Below, piece after piece: positions 63,557 to 64,000 of a stretch of 64,000 nucleotides of DNA. A model generated the notes under the pieces. It was not told the origin of the DNA. It made no database searches and saw only the letters and a list, made by a program, of their open reading frames with translations. The translations under genes and the position numbers were made by a program. Each line of letters begins with the position of its first letter. Position 1 is the first letter of the stretch. The DNA is from Isurus oxyrinchus (taxonomy: Eukaryota): contig JANJGN010000301.1 in assembly GCA_026770705.1 (NCBI GenBank), positions 372,001 to 436,000 of the forward strand, written 5' to 3'.

Positions 63557-64000
63557 ATGTGGCTACTCAGCATCTGGGTTGTGTGGGGATAATTCCTGAC
63601 AAGCAAATATGGTCCAGACACATTTAATATTTTCTCCTATCTTTCAAAAGCGTCAATTTTAAACACTCCTGGGCCTGAATGTTTCACTTTGAAAATGTTT
63701 TTCAGATCTGAGTCACAGACATTCTGTCAACCAGCCGCTGTAAAGGTAGAAGGAGAAGCTGTAACTTTAAACTGTACCTATGATGCTACAACGAGCTATT
63801 AGTATTCATACTGGTACCGGCAACACACAGATACACAGCCTGAGTTTATGTTGTCGAAACACTCGAGCGGTAGTGAAAATAAAGCAGATTTTGCCAAAAG
63901 CCGTTTCACTGCAGAGCTCCAGAACTCGAATAAATTCACTAGTTTAACCATCTCGGGTCTGCAGCTGATTGACGCTGTCGTGTATTACTGCGCTTTCAGA
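63557..64000 (+). pseudogene. TCR V segment (family B) pseudogene, runs off the window end
   Basis: Leader MWLLSIWVVWG* with damaged donor; exon from 63706 with stops; ends DAVVYYCAFR at 64000. Confidence 0.88.

Noticed and set aside
1-64000. TCR constant exons, conventional 12-RSS J segments, tRNA or rRNA genes
   Set aside because: None recognised, so alpha vs delta usage of the conventional Vs cannot be assigned from this window.

Overview
Vertebrate genomic DNA, most likely from a cartilaginous fish (shark), judged from its CR1/L2/Penelope-like repeats and NAR-type V domain. From about 14.5 kb to the end of the window it is the variable-segment region of a T-cell receptor alpha/delta-type locus. 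There are about 16 TCR V segments or remnants in both orientations, most followed by 23-bp-spacer recombination signal sequences (RSS), interspersed with LINE/SINE fragments. Three V segments look intact: 23515-23943 (+), 43128-43564 (+) and 53092-52093 (-). Two features stand out. (1) A complete but pseudogenised NAR-TCR cassette lies on the minus strand (49783-45901), mostly invisible in the ORF track. It runs: leader, IgNAR-like V that appears germline-joined to D and carries a 12-RSS, a J with an IgH-type 23-RSS, then a leaderless supporting V-delta with a CDR1 cysteine. (2) Directly after that V-delta is a 62-bp tandem array of seven head-to-tail 23-RSSs (45485-45895). Other observations: a V family whose leader seems intronless, tandemly amplified V promoter modules, several CTCF-like motifs, and a class A GPCR pseudogene at the left edge. 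All calls were made by eye, without database searches.
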